Assembly: GCA_008080915.1 (NCBI GenBank)
Contig: VMDI01000049.1
Span: forward strand, 1-56,045
Direction: 5' to 3'
Origin: Gammaproteobacteria bacterium
GTDB lineage: Bacteria; Pseudomonadota; Gammaproteobacteria; PS1; Pseudothioglobaceae
DNA length: 56,045 nt
Shown here: one piece after another, positions 1 through 11,031 of the stretch
Layout of the letters: every line of letters begins with the position of its first letter
Numbering within the stretch: position 1 is the first letter of the stretch
Translations under genes and position numbers: made by a program
The notes under the pieces: generated by a model
The model's input: only the letters and a program-made list of their open reading frames with translations
What the model was told of the DNA's origin: nothing
Database searches by the model: none

Positions 1-31
1 TAATATTCTAATATTTTTTTATAAAAAGATT

Positions 32-57
32 AAAAAACCAGCCCTGAGGCTGGTTTT
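32..57 (-). terminator. Rho-independent terminator downstream of the 83..601 gene (bidirectional shape)
   Basis: Stem CCAGCC (38-43) / GGCTGG (48-53) with loop CTGA. Flanked by A6 (32-37), which is the U-run on the minus strand, and T4 (54-57). Lies just past the minus-strand stop at 83-85. Confidence 0.6.
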
Positions 58-82
58 ATAAAGGTTTATAGTTAGTTTTAGG

Positions 83-601
83 TTATTCCTTAACGGTACC
101 TGATGCCTTACCATCAGCATAACCTTTGGCATATGCATCAGCAGTACCTGTCGCATATCCATCGGCCTGACCTTTGGCATAGGCATCAGCTTGACCTTTA
201 GCATAAGCATCAGCAGCTCCAGATGCATTGCCATCAGCAGCACCTTGGGATTTATTATCAATCTTATTCTTAGTATTGAAGTTAGTTCCAAAATCTGAAT
301 CATTTATCCAACGATTCATATTGCTCATTGGTCCCCAATTAGATGCACCGTTAAATGGACCCATATTATTTCCACCTGAGAATGGACCCATGTTATTTCC
401 ACCTGAGAATGGACCCCAGTTCTGTCCACTATTCCAAGGACCTAGATTAGTACCACCGTCAAAAGGACCCCAGTTGTTCATACCATTGAATGGACCAAAG
501 TTACCGAAACCATTATTGTGATATGGATTATGATTCGCTGAAGCTACAGCAGTAACCATTAATGCACCAGCAACTGCAGTTGCTTTAACAAATGTATTCA
601 T
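83..601 (-). CDS. Secreted low-complexity repeat protein (9-residue Gly/Asn/Pro/aromatic repeats plus 8-residue ADAYAKGQ repeats); possible sulfur-globule-envelope-like structural protein
   Basis: 172-aa ORF with Sec-type signal peptide MNTFVKATAVAGALMVTAVASA. Followed by about 7 units of type N-x-G-P-[FW]-x-G-G-x, then 4-5 units A-D-[AG]-Y-A-[KT]-G-x. No catalytic motif. Has its own terminator. Confidence 0.75.
   Translation of the reverse strand: MNTFVKATAVAGALMVTAVASANHNPYHNNGFGNFGPFNGMNNWGPFDGGTNLGPWNSGQNWGPFSGGNNMGPFSGGNNMGPFNGASNWGPMSNMNRWINDSDFGTNFNTKNKIDNKSQGAADGNASGAADAYAKGQADAYAKGQADGYATGTADAYAKGYADGKASGTVKE
123..218. repeat. Four tandem 24-bp coding repeats (octapeptide ADAYAKGQ-type units of the 83..601 gene)
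   Basis: Units at 123-146, 147-170, 171-194 and 195-218, each beginning CCT[TG]T.GCATA on the plus strand. Confidence 0.85.
330..518. repeat. Seven tandem 27-bp coding repeats (nonapeptide units of the 83..601 gene)
   Basis: Units start at 330, 357, 384, 411, 438, 465 and 492, each beginning GG[AT]CC. Units 357-383 and 384-410 differ at one base only. Confidence 0.85.
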
Positions 602-667
602 TAGTTATACTCCTTCATTTTAGTTAGAAATTTAATAATACACCAATAATGTGGTTATTCATAGTTT

Positions 668-1918
668 TTAACAAACCGAATCAATCATTGCATCACCAAA
701 TTCTGAGCATGATAGAAGTTTTGCCCCTTCCATTAATCTTTCCAAATCATAAGTCACGGTTTTATTTTGAATTGCTTTTGACATTGCCTCAATCACCAGA
801 TCAGCTGCTTCAGTCCAGCCAAGATGTCTAAGCATCATTTCAGCTGAAAGAATCATCGAACCTGGGTTAACCTTATTCTGTCCAGCATATTTAGGAGCAG
901 TTCCATGAGTTGCCTCAAAGACTGCAGTTGTATCAGAGAGGTTAGCTCCTGGTGCAATACCAATACCCCCTACCTGTGCAGCAAGCGCATCTGAAATATA
1001 ATCACCGTTTAAATTCAGTGTTGCAATTACTGAATACTCATCAGGTCTTAAGATAATTTGCTGCAAAAAGGCATCTGCAATAGAGTCCTTAATAGTGATT
1101 TCTTTGCCGGTCTTAGGATTTTTAAATTTACACCATGGACCATTATCAATAATCTCTGCTCCAAATTCGTTTTGGGCGAGTGCATAACCCCAATCTCTAA
1201 ACCCACCCTCAGTAAACTTCATAATATTACCTTTGTGGACCAGTGTCACAGAGTCCTTGTCATTATCAATTGCATATTTAATAGCTGCTCTTACAAGTCT
1301 CTCAGTGCCCTCTTTAGAGACTGGCTTAATGCCAATACCTGAAGTTTCTGGGAAACGAATCTTTGTCACGCCCATTTCCTTGGTAAGGAACTCAATTAAT
1401 TTTTTAGCATCAGGAGTTTCACTCTCATACTCTATACCAGCATAGATATCCTCGGAGTTTTCCCTGAAAATAACCATATCAACTTTTTCCGGAGTCTTCA
1501 CAGGAGATGGAGTACCTGTGAAATATTGAACAGGTCTTTGACAAATAAATAGATCAAGTTGTTGTCGGATAGCAACGTTGATTGAGCGAATACCACCCCC
1601 CACTGGAGTAGTCAGAGGTCCTTTAATAGATACACAGAATTCTTGAATTGCATCTAGTGTTTCCTGAGGTAAATATTCTCCATATAACCCGTTTGCCTTC
1701 TCGCCTGCATATATCTCCATCCATTTAATAGACTTCTTGCCCGAATATGCCTTATCAACAATCTTATCAATCACTTTTAACATAACCGGCGTAATATCAG
1801 TACCGATACCATCGCCCTCGATTAATCCAACAATTGGATGATCGGAAACTTGTATTTGGCCGTCTTTATAGGAGATTTTCTTTCCATCTTCAGGTATTTC
1901 GATATGCTTGTATGTCAT
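668..1918 (-). CDS. icd: NADP-dependent isocitrate dehydrogenase
   Basis: 416 aa. N-terminus ..[42 protein letters not shown] closely parallels E. coli-type Icd, and the length matches. Confidence 0.95.
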   Translation of the reverse strand: MTYKHIEIPEDGKKISYKDGQIQVSDHPIVGLIEGDGIGTDITPVMLKVIDKIVDKAYSGKKSIKWMEIYAGEKANGLYGEYLPQETLDAIQEFCVSIKGPLTTPVGGGIRSINVAIRQQLDLFICQRPVQYFTGTPSPVKTPEKVDMVIFRENSEDIYAGIEYESETPDAKKLIEFLTKEMGVTKIRFPETSGIGIKPVSKEGTERLVRAAIKYAIDNDKDSVTLVHKGNIMKFTEGGFRDWGYALAQNEFGAEIIDNGPWCKFKNPKTGKEITIKDSIADAFLQQIILRPDEYSVIATLNLNGDYISDALAAQVGGIGIAPGANLSDTTAVFEATHGTAPKYAGQNKVNPGSMILSAEMMLRHLGWTEAADLVIEAMSKAIQNKTVTYDLERLMEGAKLLSCSEFGDAMIDSVC

Positions 1919-1938
1919 GATATTGTCTCTATATTTGT

Positions 1939-2424
1939 CTAAAAAATTAATTGCATCATACTGGCATCCTCATTGTCAGAGTAATAATTTTTACGGATAC
2001 CAATGGTTTTGAAACCCATTTTACTGTATAGATTTTTTGCTGCATGGTTTGACTGTCTAACTTCTAAAAATAAATTCTTGACCTTTTGTGATTTAAGCCT
2101 TTCAAAGCATTCTTTCAATAGAGTCTCACCTAACCCCTTTCTTTGAAAATTGATATCTATGGCAATGTTCAGAATTTCTGCTTCAGTCTGCGCAATTAAC
2201 ATAAAGCAGTACCCAATCAATTCATCTTGATTGAAAGCACCTATCACTAAATTGTTTTTATTTTGAAAAGATTCTTTGATTTGCTCTTGAGACCATGGGT
2301 TTCTATGAATTCTATTCTCAATTAGAGAAATCTCTTGATCAAACTCTACATCAAGCTCTTTAAAGGAAATATTGATAGGCTTTGTTGTCTGACTCATTCT
2401 TATAGAAATATCCAAGCTCATCAA
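1939..2424 (-). CDS. rimI: Ribosomal-protein-alanine N-acetyltransferase-like GNAT
   Basis: About 150-160 aa with GNAT acetyl-CoA motif [11 protein letters not shown]. Start is uncertain (M at 2424/2421 or 2397); every candidate overlaps the ilvA 3' end. Confidence 0.75.
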   Translation of the reverse strand: MMSLDISIRMSQTTKPINISFKELDVEFDQEISLIENRIHRNPWSQEQIKESFQNKNNLVIGAFNQDELIGYCFMLIAQTEAEILNIAIDINFQRKGLGETLLKECFERLKSQKVKNLFLEVRQSNHAAKNLYSKMGFKTIGIRKNYYSDNEDASMMQLIF

Positions 2425-3853
2425 ATCGCTTTTCTAACTCTTGAACATTGTCTGATTGAAGTCCAATAAGCACCCTACCAAAATCAGCACCATGATTACG
2501 ATAGTGGAACAAGGAAATATTCCATTGACTACCTATCTTCATCAAAAAACGAAGCAAAGCCCCAGGTCTTTCAGGGAATTCAAAACGATACACAACTTCA
2601 TTTGCTGCACTTGCCCTTCCACCGACCATGTGTCTAATATGAGTCTTAGCCATTGAATTGTCACTCATATCAACAATATCAAATGATTTGGAAAGTTTCT
2701 CAATTAACTCATCTTTTTCTGCAAGCCCATTGGATAAACCAACACCAACAAAAATGTGTGCCTCATCGGTAGGAGCGTATCTATAGTTGAACTCTGTGAT
2801 TGAATGGTTGTCCAATAAATTACAGAATTTCAAGAAACTTCCTGGCTTCTCGGGGATAGTTGCTGCAATGATTGCTTCAGTATATTCTCCAAGATCCGCT
2901 CTCTCTGCAATGTATCTGAGTCGATCAAAATTGACATTTGCACCGCTATTAATAGAAACGATATTAAGGTTTTCAATCTGATTCTCATCGATGAATTTTT
3001 TCATGCCTGCAGTTGATAATGCCCCAGCTGGCTCTGAAATAGATCTCACATCCTCATAGATGTCTTTGATTGCAGCACACATTTGATCGTTCGAGACTAA
3101 CACTACATCATCGACATATTTTTTAGCAAATTCAAAAGTAACCTCTCCGATTTGCTTAACAGCCACACCATCTGCAAATCTTCCGACCTCTTCTAGGATA
3201 GTTCGCTTACCATCACGCATGGCATGATGAAGGGTTGGTGAGTCTTCTGGCTCAACACCAATGATTTTTACCTTGTCATTCACCGACTTGATGTACCCAG
3301 CAACACCGGCAATTAATCCACCACCACCTACTGGGACAAAAACTAAATCAACATTTTCTAATTGATCTAATATTTCCCTACCAATAGTTGCCTGCCCGAT
3401 AACAGTTTGAATATCATCAAATGGGGCAATGTAGACCATATCCTGCTCTTTCTCTAATTGCCTTGCATATTGATAAGCATCATCATAAACATCTCCATGA
3501 AGAACGACTTTACCTCCCAGTCTTTCCACAGATTTGACTTTAATTTTCGGAGTCGCAACTGGCATAACAATCACGGCAGTAATTCCCAATTTCTTAGCAG
3601 CAAGCGCAACACCTTGGGCATGATTACCTGCACTCGAAGTGATCACACCCTTACATAATTGATCTTTGGTTAAGGTTGAAATTTTTTGATAAGCGCCTCT
3701 TAACTTAAACGAAAAAATAGGCTGCTCATCTTCACGTTTTAAATAGATGTTATTTTTGAAGCGCGCAGAAAGTTGGGGCGCAAAGGTTAACTCAGAAACC
3801 TCAGCAACGTCATAAACTGTTGAATTTTCTACGCTTTTAATAAAATCTTTCAT
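2360..3853 (-). CDS. ilvA: Biosynthetic threonine dehydratase (threonine ammonia-lyase)
   Basis: 497 aa with PLP-lysine motif SFKLRGAY and glycine loop VPVGGGGLIAG. C-terminal duplicated regulatory (ACT-like) domains. Confidence 0.95.
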   Translation of the reverse strand: MKDFIKSVENSTVYDVAEVSELTFAPQLSARFKNNIYLKREDEQPIFSFKLRGAYQKISTLTKDQLCKGVITSSAGNHAQGVALAAKKLGITAVIVMPVATPKIKVKSVERLGGKVVLHGDVYDDAYQYARQLEKEQDMVYIAPFDDIQTVIGQATIGREILDQLENVDLVFVPVGGGGLIAGVAGYIKSVNDKVKIIGVEPEDSPTLHHAMRDGKRTILEEVGRFADGVAVKQIGEVTFEFAKKYVDDVVLVSNDQMCAAIKDIYEDVRSISEPAGALSTAGMKKFIDENQIENLNIVSINSGANVNFDRLRYIAERADLGEYTEAIIAATIPEKPGSFLKFCNLLDNHSITEFNYRYAPTDEAHIFVGVGLSNGLAEKDELIEKLSKSFDIVDMSDNSMAKTHIRHMVGGRASAANEVVYRFEFPERPGALLRFLMKIGSQWNISLFHYRNHGADFGRVLIGLQSDNVQELEKRFDELGYFYKNESDNKAYQYFL

Positions 3854-4598
3854 AAAGTTTTTTCAAAAAATCTATGCTGACATGGGAATAACCAAAATTA
3901 TCCCCATGAATCACAGAAAATGGTTTCTCAGCCTCACCCAAATGATTGAGGACAATCATAGCATCATCAAACTTCTGATGGGATGTATATTCATTGACGG
4001 TAATGACTGTATTCAGTCCAGCTTTTCTTGATGCCACATGACCATTAAGAGAATCCTCAAAAACAATGCATTCTTTTGGTGAAAGTTTTAACTGATCTAA
4101 CACATACTCAAATACATCAGGAGCAGGCTTTAAGTTTTTAACCATATCTCCAGCTCCAATGACTGAGAACCAACTTAGTGCATCGCTACCTAGGGTATTG
4201 GTAATTAGCGCTTCAACATTAACAAGAGAAGTGGTGGTTGCGATTGCAAGCTGAATTCCGTTCTCTCTTGCTTCTGTGAATAAGCGCTCAACTCCAGTTC
4301 TTAAAGGAATTTTTCCCTCGTTCATCAACTCCACATAAAAATTGGTTTTCAGTTGATGAAGCTCGAGTGCAAACTTATCAAGATCATCAACGTCAAAATG
4401 ATCTAAGTAATTTTCAACATAATGCTTAATTCTTAATTTGCCACCTGTGACCTCAAGTAGTTCTCTATACAAATCGCTAGACCAGTTCCAATCCAGCCCA
4501 GAAAATTGGAATGACTTATTGAAGGCAACTAGATGCCCATGCTTTTCTGTATTTGAAATAGTTCCATCTACATCGAAGATGAGCGCTTTTAAGGACAT
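3837..4598 (-). CDS. cbbY: HAD-superfamily phosphatase, CbbY type
   Basis: HAD motif I FDVDGT. N-terminal pattern ALIFDVDGT..TE..GH.VAFN..F...GLDW.W...LY.ELL.VTGGK.RI is typical of CbbY proteins of autotrophs. Confidence 0.8.
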   Translation of the reverse strand: MSLKALIFDVDGTISNTEKHGHLVAFNKSFQFSGLDWNWSSDLYRELLEVTGGKLRIKHYVENYLDHFDVDDLDKFALELHQLKTNFYVELMNEGKIPLRTGVERLFTEARENGIQLAIATTTSLVNVEALITNTLGSDALSWFSVIGAGDMVKNLKPAPDVFEYVLDQLKLSPKECIVFEDSLNGHVASRKAGLNTVITVNEYTSHQKFDDAMIVLNHLGEAEKPFSVIHGDNFGYSHVSIDFLKKLYERFY

Positions 4599-4690
4599 GA
4601 AGAGTTAGTATGTTGATTTAAGAGCAAAAATTGATTGATATTTTAATTAAGTTTGTGTATAAACTACCCTTTTTTAAAATTTTATAAAAC

Positions 4691-5101
4691 ATGACTGATC
4701 CAGATTTTCAAGCGATTTCAGATTACCAACCAAAAGATGGAGAGGAGTTTATGAACTCCAATCAGGTTGAGCATTTTAGAAGTAAACTTCTTGCTTGGAG
4801 AGATCAGCTACTAGATGGTGTTGAGTCTACTAAACATCATATCCAAGAGGATTCAGCTAAAGTTGCTGACATTAATGATAGAGCCACTCTTGAAGAAGAA
4901 TTTGCTCTTGAATTAAGAACTAGAGATAGAGAGCGTAAACTTATCAGCAAGATTGATAAGACTCTCCATTTAATTGAGCTTGGTGATTACGGATATTGTA
5001 AAACCTGTGGTACTGAGATCTCATTAGTTCGTCTTGAGGCTAGACCTACAGCTGACGAATGCATTGACTGTAAAACTATCGCAGAAAAGAAAGAAGTTTA
5101 G
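4691..5101 (+). CDS. dksA: RNA polymerase-binding transcription factor DksA
   Basis: 136 aa with coiled-coil tip DINDRA and C4 zinc finger CKTCG...CIDCK. Confidence 0.95.
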   Translation: MTDPDFQAISDYQPKDGEEFMNSNQVEHFRSKLLAWRDQLLDGVESTKHHIQEDSAKVADINDRATLEEEFALELRTRDRERKLISKIDKTLHLIELGDYGYCKTCGTEISLVRLEARPTADECIDCKTIAEKKEV

Positions 5102-6022
5102 TTAAAAATGTTGATAGGAATAGCATTCCTCAACTGACCCACCTTTTACAGTAAATTTTATATCCTTGGTTATCTCACCTATACAGGTTAGGGGTAAGTT
5201 TAATTCTGAGGATATATCTTCAACTTTATTGCGCATGGACTTAGGGGCTGTAAAACACAATTCGTAATCATCGCCTCCAGCAAAAGGAACGCACCAATTA
5301 GACGAACTATCTACATAATCTTTGACATCATCAGACATTGGTAACTTTTCAAGGTCTATCTTGCAACCAACTCTTGACATGCTAAGAATATGTCCTAAGT
5401 CTTGATAGAGTCCATCAGATATATCTATGCAACTTGTTGCCACTGGAGTCAGCCTTTGTCCTAGTTCAATTCTTGGAGAGGGTCGATTTAATCTTAAAAG
5501 AGTGCTGTCATTAATCTTGAGCCCTTTATAGGCCATCGCGGCATCACCCAGTTCGCCCGATATAAAGATAAGATCGCCGGCCATTGCACCAGATCTTTGT
5601 AGCGCCAAACCCTTTTTAACTTCACCAAAAATTGATATAGATACATTAAGAGGACCTTTAGTCGTATCTCCACCAATAAGTCTTACATTGAAAGAATTAG
5701 AGAGCGCTTTTAAAGATTCTGAGAATTTTTGAAGCCAACTAGGATTGATCTCTGGAATAGTTAAAGACAAGGTAAAGAATCTAGGATTGGCTCCCATGGC
5801 AGCAATATCACTAAGATTCACAGCTAAAGCTTTATAAGCAATATCCTCAGGTTTCGTATCTTTTGTGAAATGAATACCCTCAACCAAGGTATCCATACTG
5901 GTCACAACAGAAGCATCATTATTGACATTAAGAATGGCACAATCATCACCAACGGATTTCTCAAGACCTGTGCCAGTTTCTGACCAACTAAAGAAATTTT
6001 TTATAGTGTCAAATTCATTCAC
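5102..6022 (-). CDS. thiL: Thiamine-monophosphate kinase
   Basis: 306 aa, AIR-synthase-like fold with GDDCAIL and IGGDTT motifs. Its stop abuts the dksA stop with zero spacer. Confidence 0.9.
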   Translation of the reverse strand: MNEFDTIKNFFSWSETGTGLEKSVGDDCAILNVNNDASVVTSMDTLVEGIHFTKDTKPEDIAYKALAVNLSDIAAMGANPRFFTLSLTIPEINPSWLQKFSESLKALSNSFNVRLIGGDTTKGPLNVSISIFGEVKKGLALQRSGAMAGDLIFISGELGDAAMAYKGLKINDSTLLRLNRPSPRIELGQRLTPVATSCIDISDGLYQDLGHILSMSRVGCKIDLEKLPMSDDVKDYVDSSSNWCVPFAGGDDYELCFTAPKSMRNKVEDISSELNLPLTCIGEITKDIKFTVKGGSVEECYSYQHF

Positions 6023-6522
6023 TGGAGGTATTTTTCAGCAAATTTTTTGGTGATTTCTCCTTTGCCGGCGCTGTATATAGATCCAGATCCAATGATAATT
6101 CCTATAAGAATTACAATAAAAAGTGGAACGATACCCAGAAGAAGGAAAATTGCTTCAGAAATACTGTGTCCATCCATGCTATTTGAACCACCTGAAGAGG
6201 TAAATATGCCCATAAACATACTTAAGAAAAAGAAAATATAGGCCCCAATAAGCATCTTGTATCGATTTAAAGACAGCTGCCAATTAAGATAATCAAACTC
6301 TTGGTCACTATCTTTTAATTGCTTAGTTTTGAAATAAGTAAATAGGATCACAACTAGTGAAATTGCTATGGAGCTAGCAATAGAAGTGTTCATATCTACT
6401 GCAAATAATTTATTGAGTCCCAGAGCTAGAAATAAATGCACAATCATGAGATTAATTGTGAAAAGCTCATGAGCATTCTTGGCAACTTTAAAATTATTTT
6501 TTGGATCTTGATAAGTCAGCAC
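6019..6522 (-). CDS. Hypothetical integral membrane protein (about 4 TM helices)
   Basis: 167-aa ORF with a GTG start and several long hydrophobic segments. 4-nt overlap with the thiL start. No family recognised. Confidence 0.55.
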   Translation of the reverse strand: MLTYQDPKNNFKVAKNAHELFTINLMIVHLFLALGLNKLFAVDMNTSIASSIAISLVVILFTYFKTKQLKDSDQEFDYLNWQLSLNRYKMLIGAYIFFFLSMFMGIFTSSGGSNSMDGHSISEAIFLLLGIVPLFIVILIGIIIGSGSIYSAGKGEITKKFAEKYLQ

Positions 6523-6527
6523 TTATA

Positions 6528-7106
6528 TTACATGTATGCGTTTTCTTTATTTGAGTGGTCAGTCACATCAAGAACAGAGTTGATTTCAGGATACTGAGAC
6601 TTCAACTGAGCCTCAACACCATTTTTTAGAGTGACCTTAACCGATGAACACCCTTGGCAACCTCCACCAAAGTTAAGAATGACATCCTTTTTTTCAGTGA
6701 TCTCAACTAACTCTACAAAACCACCATGAGAAGCAAGTTGTGGATTAACCTCAGCAAGAATGGTGTAGTTAATTTTTTCTTCAAGTGATGCATCTTCACC
6801 GGGGGCTTCACCCTTGGCATTGGGAGCGGTGATAGCCAATTTCTGCGAAGCGCCATCTGTTTTCAATTGAACTTCGGATTCCTTAAGATAGTCAAAGTTT
6901 GATTTATCAATATAGACGTCAAACCCCTTATAACTAAACTTTTCATAATTATTGTTTAAGTCTTTTGGATAACAAAAATTAAAAGTCACCGCAGCAACTG
7001 GGGTTCCAGCCTTCTCCACATCAACTTTTAGAGCTAAATCAGTTTCGTCTTGATCTTCGAATAATTTGGCAATATATGTTTCTGCCTCATCAGTAATGTC
7101 AAACAT
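6528..7106 (-). CDS. nfuA: Fe-S cluster biogenesis protein NfuA
   Basis: 192 aa. A-type-carrier-like N-terminal domain plus C-terminal Nfu domain with GGGCQGC. Confidence 0.9.
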   Translation of the reverse strand: MFDITDEAETYIAKLFEDQDETDLALKVDVEKAGTPVAAVTFNFCYPKDLNNNYEKFSYKGFDVYIDKSNFDYLKESEVQLKTDGASQKLAITAPNAKGEAPGEDASLEEKINYTILAEVNPQLASHGGFVELVEITEKKDVILNFGGGCQGCSSVKVTLKNGVEAQLKSQYPEINSVLDVTDHSNKENAYM

Positions 7107-7944
7107 TTTTTCTCCTAAAAATCAGGTTGTCAATCAATCTTGTTTCACCTAGATATGTTGCACATAATAATATAATTTCATCTGTTTTATTATCGATATC
7201 CGTAAGGTCTTTGGAATTTCTTGCTTCAAGATAATCCAACTTAGAGAATTGTGATAGGTTATCTTTTGCCTTTTTAATAGAACTATCTAGATCAATACCT
7301 CTCAAAAAATCCGTTTTAATGCCTAATAAATTTTGGTAAATCTTTTTAGCGTTTTCACGATCATCAAAACTTAAATATTGATTCCTCGTACTCATTGCAA
7401 GACCATCTCTTTCTCTGATGATTTCATGAGAGATGACCTTGATATCATCTTTTCTATTCTTATTAATCAAATTAATAATCATTAACTGTTGATAGTCTTT
7501 TTCTCCAAATACAGCAATATCAGGATGAACAATATCAAATAAACGATTAACGACTTGAGCTACACCATTAAAGTGTCCAGGTCTCGTCTTAGCACATAGA
7601 ATAGTATCCAAAAATCCAAGTTCGTAACTTTCTAGGTCATTAGAAGGATAGATTTCTTCAACTGATGGAGTAAAAAGAATATCAATATCCAAAGTTTCTA
7701 AAAGGGAAATATCTTTTTCAAGTGTTCTGGGGTACTTATTTAGATCCTCGTTCTGGCCAAATTGAGTTGGGTTAACAAAAATACTCACTACCACCACATC
7801 TGATTTTTGTTGAGCTAATTTCATTAAAGCAAGATGACCCTCATGAAGACCCCCCATAGTTGGAACAAAAGAGACTTTTAACGATTTATCTTGAAGATGT
7901 CTTATTTTGAGACTTAAATCTTCTGCAGATTCATAAGTAATCAT
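7099..7944 (-). CDS. panC: Pantoate--beta-alanine ligase
   Basis: 281 aa with PTMGGLHEGHL signature. Sits in a panB-panC pair. Confidence 0.95.
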   Translation of the reverse strand: MITYESAEDLSLKIRHLQDKSLKVSFVPTMGGLHEGHLALMKLAQQKSDVVVVSIFVNPTQFGQNEDLNKYPRTLEKDISLLETLDIDILFTPSVEEIYPSNDLESYELGFLDTILCAKTRPGHFNGVAQVVNRLFDIVHPDIAVFGEKDYQQLMIINLINKNRKDDIKVISHEIIRERDGLAMSTRNQYLSFDDRENAKKIYQNLLGIKTDFLRGIDLDSSIKKAKDNLSQFSKLDYLEARNSKDLTDIDNKTDEIILLCATYLGETRLIDNLIFRRKNV

Positions 7945-8723
7945 TCGTAACTGTAATCAGCTGATGGAAATTTCCTGGATTTAACCTCGGAGATGAATAA
8001 TTTGACCGCTTCCTCAATAGATGAATTGCCAGTCATAAAATTTTTTACAAACTTAGGCTTTCTTCCTAGGTTGATATCTAACATATCATAAGAGACCAGC
8101 ACCTGGCCATCGCAGTTATTCCCAGCACCTATACCAATGGTTGGAATTGAGATACTTTCTGAAATCTCTTTTCCTAATTTGGTTGGAATGCATTCCAATA
8201 CCATCACCTCAACCCCTAACTCCTCAAGTAACTTGGCATCTTTAAGTATTTTTTGCGCAGATGCTTCTTCTCTGCCTTGAACTTTATAACCTCCCAACTC
8301 TTGAATGGATTGAGGTTGAAGACCAAGATGGCCACAGACAGGGATTTGTTCGTCTTGAAAACTTTTAAAGACAGCTTCACATTCCTCGCCACCCTCTATC
8401 TTAATAACTTGAGCACCAGCCTTTAAAAGGAGATTTGCATTTTTGATGGCATCATTAGGATTGCTATAGGTTTGATAAGGCATATCTGCAATTAACAATG
8501 AATTTTGAATTTTGTTAGCAACAGCCTGAGTGTGATAGCACATATCATCAATAGTCACTCCCAGTGTATTTTCCTCTCCCTTAATGACATTACCCAAAGA
8601 GTCTCCCACTAGAATAACATCGATTCCACATTGATCAAAAAGATCTGCAAATGAAGCATCATAAGCAGTCAAACAGGTAATGATTTCATGATTTTTGAAC
8701 TTTTTAAGGTCACTTAATTTCAT
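7941..8723 (-). CDS. panB: 3-methyl-2-oxobutanoate hydroxymethyltransferase
   Basis: 260 aa with LTAYD..FA...D..LVGDSLG pattern. 4-nt overlaps on both sides. Confidence 0.95.
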   Translation of the reverse strand: MKLSDLKKFKNHEIITCLTAYDASFADLFDQCGIDVILVGDSLGNVIKGEENTLGVTIDDMCYHTQAVANKIQNSLLIADMPYQTYSNPNDAIKNANLLLKAGAQVIKIEGGEECEAVFKSFQDEQIPVCGHLGLQPQSIQELGGYKVQGREEASAQKILKDAKLLEELGVEVMVLECIPTKLGKEISESISIPTIGIGAGNNCDGQVLVSYDMLDINLGRKPKFVKNFMTGNSSIEEAVKLFISEVKSRKFPSADYSYE

Positions 8724-9186
8724 AACTTAATTAGCTCTTGATCTTGGATACGTTCGATAAGTTTATCAATAGGTCCTAGTATAGGCACATTTAAATCAGG
8801 CTCAATCTCTTTTAAAGGAATCAAAACAAAAGCCCTATTCATCATTTCTGGATGAGGAATGACCAACTCTTTCGAGGCTACCACTTGTTTTCCATAAAGA
8901 ATAATGTCCAAATCTATAGTTCTAGCGCCCCACTTCTTCTCTCTAACTCTATGCTGATTGATCTCAATTAATTGACAAACTCTTAAAAGTTCAAGAGCAG
9001 TCAGATGGGTATTAACTTGACAAACTGCATTCAAATAATCTGGTTGATTTGAATGATCAATGGGCTTTGATTGGTAAAGACTTGACAGTGAGGTAACGGT
9101 TACATCCTCGACCTCATTCAAGGCAATCAATGCATTTTTAATTTGCTCTTTGGGGTTATTTAAATTTGATCCAAGTCCAATATAGG

Positions 9187-9193
<7 letters not shown>
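8720..9193 (-). CDS. folK: 2-amino-4-hydroxy-6-hydroxymethyldihydropteridine diphosphokinase
   Basis: 157 aa. HPPK pattern AYIGLGSN...KWGARTIDLDIILY...HPEMMNRAFVL. Confidence 0.9.
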
Positions 9194-10966
<1,773 letters not shown>

Positions 10967-11031
10967 TTAGAGGGATAGCGTTTAAAATTGAAAATAATTA
11001 ATATTAACTTCAAAAATTATACCATTTTGAC

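Noticed and set aside
228-521. 97-aa plus-strand ORF (also 19..303 minus) overlapping the repeat-protein gene.
   Set aside because: These are shadow frames of a tandem-repeat coding region, and their periodic sequence simply mirrors the repeats. The 83..601 frame has the signal peptide and terminator.
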